Shown here piece after piece: positions 57,745 to 64,000 of a DNA stretch of 64,000 nucleotides. The notes beneath the pieces are model-generated. The model worked only from the letters and a program-made list of their open reading frames with translations, did no database searches and was not told where the DNA came from. This stretch comes from Octopus sinensis (Eukaryota), in the NCBI RefSeq assembly GCF_006345805.1, contig NC_042998.1:109678001-109742000 (forward strand), in the 5' to 3' direction. Position 1 is the stretch's first letter. The number at the start of each line of letters is the position of its first letter. A program made the translations under genes and the position numbers.

Positions 57745-58930
57745 AGGAAAACATATATGAAGGTACTGTTAATATGTCAGTACTACTCTCTTGCAACAAG
57801 ACAATATCCCGCAATGCATTTGCAGTACCAGTGCAAATGGGATACTTAACTGGTCTGTTGACGAAGGTCCCTCTATAGACATTAACCCTTAAGATCCTAA
57901 CATCGACTGAAAACATTTACATAAACAGTGATATCGACAGATTCTACCTATAGAAGAGATGAAGGTAGTAGAGGTTTGAGATCAGAGCAGAAAGTTTTCG
58001 AACGTCGTATAGTGTCTTTCAGACAACACCTGATTAAAAACAACAGTAGAAATAAATACATAAACCTTATGCTTAAAAGTGAGAGAAAACATTCTATGTA
58101 TCAGCAGTGAGCTTCCCAAGAAGCTCTCACTTTCTGATGACATTCCATACAATCCCAACCAGCCGCACGAACTTCAAAGAAGACCAGGTCGGGAAACACA
58201 CAGCATATCAAATAAATAAATAAAGCGATTTGAACATGACGGTAATATCGATATGAAGAACAGCTTTCTTGAACTCGTGACCACTGCACATCACATTTCG
58301 AAAGTAACGCTTTTGCAATGCAAGAACAGGAAATTGCTACAAAACACCGAATAAACAAGAGATTATGAAGCCCTCGAAGCAACAGAATGCAATCAGAACT
58401 GTCGATTGTGTTACACTTCTGTGGAAGATATCATACATGTCATCAAAATGTCATCAAGGTACTGCATCCTAATACAGGACGTAGTCGTTGAAACCAATAA
58501 TGCCATCCGAAAAAATACTGTTCTGAGATAAATATAGAGAACTTCTCTGTTATTGAATACATACATAAACATCAACATGAACAATATGGTTGGGACATTT
58601 CTATCAAAACTTCTACCAAGTAGAAACATAACAGGCCTGATATTGTTAAGAAAATCAAAGAAAAGAACATAATTACAGGCAACCGTTTTGAAACATTCAG
58701 ATTCTATAACCGGATTATAAATTCATATTCATACTAATAATAAATATTGCACTTGCTTTTGTGCACAATCTTTGAACAGAACTGTAAAACTATGACGGAC
58801 TTTCCTCGCGTTCAAAATGTGAATTTGTTTTTTGTTATCTACATTCCAGCGAAGGTGATTTGTGTCTTTTGTTAGAAACCAGTGCTTCTTTACAGGAAGA
58901 CTTCAGATAATTAGAAATGGAAGGGAACTT
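57745..58930 (+). mobile_element. Second, more decayed 3' fragment of the same R4-type family
   Basis: Repeats caatgcatttgca.taccagtgc, CRLCYTSVEDIIHVI, tatattcatactaataataa and the 3' UTR gaaga.tt..gataatta.aa.t.gaaggg seen at 56450-57690. Confidence 0.8.
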
Positions 58931-59145
58931 AACATACATAGCGATATTCCGTACGAGAGAACGTGGCACTGAACACGTGTGATAGGAATTACATATATAT
59001 ATTTTTAATGACAATTTGACTCAGCTCCATTTGACTAAAATTTCAACTCATCAGATATGCATACATAAATTCATACATACTTACGTACACACATGCAAGA
59101 CAAAACAAGACACCTCAGTTACAAACAAACTGAGAAATATATGTA

Positions 59146-60182
59146 TTGGGTTATCCCATAAATAATGCGGTTCTTTTATACTCCTTTTATTTTTCAAAAC
59201 CAAGATAAACAGTTAATTTTTAATCTAAAATATACTTTACTTCATTTTCTGCAATGCTCTTCTATTTATCTGATAGACTTGCAAGGCCCCTCTTCCAAAA
59301 TTCACTTGTCCATGACGAAAGCTACTCTTCCAGTACTGTTCTGACCTCGTCTACTGAATTCATATATTTTACGTCCAAATGATTTTGAAGACTGCAGAAT
59401 AAATGATAATCATATGGGGCAATGTCCGGCGAATATAATGGGTGGGGGCATCGTTTCAAACTGCTCCAGCCCTGGGAAAGTCATCCTTGCTGTATGGGAC
59501 CGAGAATTATCTCGATGAAAGAATACATTTCGTTTTTCTTCCAGTGCTGACTTATGCCGCCCAAGATGCTCGCAGTAGATCACCTTTGTTATCGTTTGGT
59601 TTGGGTTTAAAAATCAAAAGTCGACTAAAGTTTCCATATCTCACCAAACAGATAACAATACTTTATGTGGGTGAGGACCTTCTTTAGCTTAGAGTGCTTA
59701 GAGTGTTTCTCTTTTCTCTATCCACTGTGTTCGGCGTTTGATATTTTCATAGAAAATCCTTTTCTCGTCACCAGTCACTATTCGGTCCAAAAAAGATTCG
59801 TTCGTAAGACATGAGAGCAACGAAGAGCATACATTCACTGCCGGCGCGCGATTAGGCTCGGAAAGTTTGTGAGGAATCCATTGACCCAATTTCCTGATTT
59901 TGCCACTGGCACGCATGTGTCGATGAATGGTTGAATGACCAAATCCAAGCTTCTCTGCTAGTTCCTCAACGGTTACGTTGAGATTTTGTTCCATTAGGGT
60001 TTACAGGGCGTCCTCGTCGTGCTCTACAGATCTTCCAGGACGAGGCTCATCTTCAAGGCTGTAGTTTCCGGTACAATTATTACATGCTTTTATAGCAAGT
60101 TGATGCAGATTGTTTATCCCGTCCCCTCCGACTTTTGGTTCATGCAATTAAAAAACACGCATTATTTATGGGATGACCTCGT
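59146..60182 (-). mobile_element. Partially deleted mariner transposon
   Basis: TIRs ttgggttatcccataaataatgcg and cgcattatttatgggatgacc; TA at 59144-59145. Minus-strand transposase pieces GQWIPHKLS...RIVTGDEKRIFY (59698-59994) and PHPLYSPDIAPYDYHLF (about 59398-59450). Confidence 0.88.
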
Positions 60183-60260
60183 GTGTTCCTTTTCAACATT
60201 CTACACACACACACACACAGACACACACACACACACACAGACACACACACAGACACAGAC

Positions 60261-60296
<36 letters not shown>

Positions 60297-60554
60297 TGCA
60301 TAACATATTTGAAGACAAATTTCTGTTCTTTTTTATAATGTTATTCAATAAAGCCACTTTCAGCTTCAACAACCGCTTTTATATGATATGTAAATAATCT
60401 ACATGCTAGAATCAAGTCGTCCTGGTTCATTTTGGACCTTAATCTGACCATGGCAGCTTTCAAAGCACCAGATGGATTATAGATGCAATCTCTCATTTGC
60501 TCTGCCCTGTACCTATTTTCACCTGCAAGACGTAAGACAACTCTGGACTATATA

Positions 60555-60642
60555 AAATTACACTTGCCCAAGATGTCCCACAGTGTAATCGAACGCAGGA
60601 CCTCGTGACTGCGAAGTGAACTTCTTGACCATTCGACTATAT
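60555..60642 (-). mobile_element. Decayed tRNA-derived SINE head
   Basis: acacttgcccaagatgtcccacagtgtaatcgaacgcaggacctcgtgactgcgaagtgaacttcttgaccattcgactat resembles the family B head. Confidence 0.55.
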
Positions 60643-61847
60643 TACCGTATCAAGTGAATGTGCAACCATGTATAGTGGCTGATATAGAAAACTAGAATTA
60701 TATTGAGAAATAACTTTCCTGAAATAATTAAAATAGTATTACTAGTTATTGAATAAAAATAAAAGTTTATAAAATATTATCTTACTGAATCAGTAAACAA
60801 TACCGACCGGGTTATGAACATTATATGTTGGTTGTATGTTTCAAGTGTCTCCCTAGATGGAGATTTCCACAGACCAAATAGTGTATTCTTTGCCTTTAAT
60901 TCCCATACATCTTTTAATAAGCCGTGTCCGCCAGGATAATTTTAGACTTTTATATCTAAGCTACCTAAAATGTATTCCTTTGTTTTTAAACCTAATCACA
61001 GAGATAGTTGTTTTCTTGTGAGATATATGACGAATAAAATTAAATAAGTAGGCAATATAAACAACATATAACTCCCTGTGAATTTATCTATTTTGTGTCT
61101 GGAAGATCAACACAGAATCTAACAGGTTACTCTGTATCTGCTGTCTAATCTATAATTGGAGTTTGCGTAGATATTCGTCTTTACTTCGACTCATATAAAT
61201 TTGTCTATTCTCCTGCTCAGTCTTTGTCTCCTATTACTCTTCTTTCGATTTATGACTTACAGCTGTGAATTCTTTATTTACAATTTTGGTTTATCTATCA
61301 TTTCTTCTCAACTGCATTTTATTGATTTCAGCTGGAGGGAAAAAGCCAGTTTTGTGTTTGTAATATTTACCTAGCCAATGTTCTTTTATATTATCCCTAG
61401 CTCTTTTTTCTTCGTATAGAAAACAGAAATCCAAAACATGTTGGTTTAGGAAATCAAACAGAAATCCTCGGATTTAATATATTCCTCATATTTACATATT
61501 CTAAGCGATTTTTTTAATTTAAAAATCACTAAATGCAATATTATGTGCAAGAATAGCATGGTAAAGGAAATGTTTCCTTTTGTCAAATAATTAATATTAA
61601 TTTTTTTTGGTGTAAGCAGACAGTCAAATTGCAAGTGAATTTTAATGGACTAGGCCTAAGAACAGTAAAATAGGGGCATATATTCAACAACTCTGAGAAA
61701 TGGAACAAGATCATTGAGAGTTAATTCATAAGATCGAATGGTGAAACTAAATATTGTTCAATATTTCAACTCAAAGACTTCAGCTTTTCATTTCCTGACA
61801 CAATGCACCCCTTCATGCTATGAAGGTTTATGTGTGTATGCATACAC

Positions 61848-61955
<108 letters not shown>

Positions 61956-62111
61956 TGGCAGGGCAAGACTGCTAGGTAGTCGGCCGTATGCTAGAAATAG
62001 ATCATCAACGATCAAATTACAAAAAAGGTTCTCTAGAGGAAAAATTCAGCGAACACCAGAACCAAATTTGGCGGGCAGGACAGATGAAAATTTATATAAA
62101 AAACATAATTA

Positions 62112-62188
62112 ATTGCATACCTCGGTTTCGGCCTTTAACAAAAGAATTACTTATATAATTCAAATGTCCGTGGCCTCATCAGTACAAT
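62112..62188 (-). ncRNA. Type I hammerhead ribozyme, intact core
   Basis: Minus strand: attgta CTGATGA ggcc [acg gaca ttt gaatta tataag taattc ttt tgtt aaa] ggcc GAAA ccgagg TA tgcaat. Stem I attgta/tgcaat, extended stem II, stem III ACC/GGT, triplet GTA. Confidence 0.82.
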
Positions 62189-62925
62189 CGTTCAGTGTAA
62201 ATGCAACTTGAAAAAATAACCCCAGCTTTCTGTGCCAAAACAGACACGTGTTTAGTTTTACCGATTACATTAGGTATAAGATTTCAAATGTCTTAGTTCC
62301 GGCGCGCTAAAAAATTCCTGAAGCGAAGAACTGCAGTAAATAATTCACTGCGGTTAGTGCTTGCTACTAGAGAACGTATTTATTTCAATATTTAAATTAT
62401 GAGGGAGATAAATTAATATTAATTTTAATATCAATTTAAAACCGAGGTATGCAATTAATTCTGTTTTTTATATAAATTTTCATCTGTCCTGCCCGCCAAA
62501 TTTGGTTCTGGTGTTCGCTGGATTTTTCCTCTAGAGAACTTTCTTTGTAGTTTGATCGCTGATGATCTATTTCTAGCATACGGCCGACTACCTAGCAGTC
62601 TTGCCCTGCCAATATACACATATATTAGAATTTTCTCTGTTTTCTCAGATTTTTTGTATGCCAGACTACTGGTTTTAAATTGATATTAAAATTAATATTA
62701 ATTTATCTCCCTCATTATTTAAATATTGAAATAAATACGTTCTCTAGATGCAAGCACTAATGCAGTGAATTATTTACTGCAGTTCTTCGCTTCAGGAATT
62801 TTTTAGCGCGCCGGAACTAAGCCATTTGAAATCTTATACCTAATGTAATCGGTAAAACTAAACACGTGTCTGTTTTGACACAGAAAGCTGGGGTTAGTTT
62901 TTGCAAGTTGCATTTACACTGAACG

Positions 62926-63002
62926 ATTGTACTGATGAGGCCACGGACATTTGAATTATATAAGTAATTCTTTTGTTAAAGGCCGAAACCGAAGTATGCA
63001 AT
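62926..63002 (+). ncRNA. Type I hammerhead ribozyme, second copy (one stem III substitution)
   Basis: CTGATGA 62932-62938 and GAAA 62985-62988; stem III reads ccgaag instead of ccgagg; otherwise the same as 62112-62188. Confidence 0.75.
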
Positions 63003-63269
63003 TAATTCTGTTTTTTATATAAATTTTCATCTGTCCTGCCCGCCAAATTTGGTTCTGGTGTACGCTGAATTTTTCCTCTAGAGAACCTTCTTTGTAGTTT
63101 GATCGTTGATGATCTATTTCTAGCATACTGCCGACTACCTAGCAGTCTTGCCCTGCCAATATACACATATATTAGAATTTTCTCTGATTTCTCAGATTTT
63201 TTGTATGCTAGACTACTGGTTGTAAATTGATATTAAAATTAATATTAATTTATCTCCCTCATTATTTGA

Positions 63270-63300
<31 letters not shown>

Positions 63301-63607
63301 TGTTGCATTTAGGAATGGTTATTTTGCCAGTTTAGCCAATAAAAACACACGCACTATATATTTGGTGTTACTTTGCTTCAGTGTTATCTATTTTTTACAT
63401 TAATCTTAATCTTATTTCGGCCAGAGTTCTTTTGTCACACTCCCTGGGCCCGCATCAGTGGTCCTTGTTTTCTTCTTACTTATTTGTGTCTCTCCTTACT
63501 AACCGTCCACACACGACTTCACATAAAAAATCTTGCACAACAAATATTTAAACGTATATATATATATATATATATAATATATATATATAATATATATATA
63601 TATATAC

Positions 63608-63733
63608 TCAAAGTAAGCAACAAGAATATCTTCGGTAATTTGGTACGATCGTTTCACGCTACACCATTTTATTAAACATTAGCGTGAAACTATCGTACCA
63701 AATTACCGAAGATATTCTTGTTGCTTACTTTGA
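63608..63733. repeat. Near-perfect hairpin (54-bp arms, 18-nt loop) in an insert flanked by (TA)n
   Basis: tcaaagtaagcaacaagaatatcttcggtaatttggtacgatcgtttcacgcta versus tagcgtgaaactatcgtaccaaattaccgaagatattcttgttgcttactttga; one mismatch. Confidence 0.92.
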
Positions 63734-63791
63734 TTATAATCACCCCATGGATTTATATGGATAACACCGTACAAATTCTGGTGCATCTGAA

Positions 63792-63845
<54 letters not shown>

Positions 63846-63925
63846 GTGTAAATATAAGTATATATATATTATATATATTATGTATGTATATATCTATATG
63901 CATATATATATATATATGTATATTA

Positions 63926-64000
<75 letters not shown>

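Overview
This is a eukaryotic, AT-rich, microsatellite-saturated intergenic or intronic window. Its SINE families and its (TA)n/(TATC)n/(CATA)n/(ATT)n load point to a coleoid cephalopod, probably Octopus; that assignment is inference. No host protein-coding gene can be supported with confidence, and almost all ORFs in the supplied track are microsatellite read-throughs. Recognisable content: degenerate R4/Dong-type RLE LINEs (1-2915 minus; about 54.5-58.9 kb plus; remnants about 43.8-45.2 kb), a young 5'-truncated CR1 nested in one of them, older CR1 and RTE fragments, three mariner elements or derivatives with TIRs, a Tc1/mariner foldback, about 20 tRNA-derived SINE copies (some with TSDs), a 1.8-kb inverted duplication and a 370-bp direct duplication. 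The most interesting signal is a set of non-coding hammerhead-ribozyme (HHR) retroelements. One is a 547-bp HHR-bearing unit in tandem plus inverted arrangement at 61953-63267 (retrozyme or Penelope pLTR-like). Another is a head-to-head pair at 51092-51808 that joins a tRNA-derived Pol III head, an (AAT)n spacer and a minimal HHR tail. There are further HHR relics with variant cores and several (TA)n-embedded hairpins. Coordinates of degenerate elements are approximate, and all alignments and folds were done by eye.
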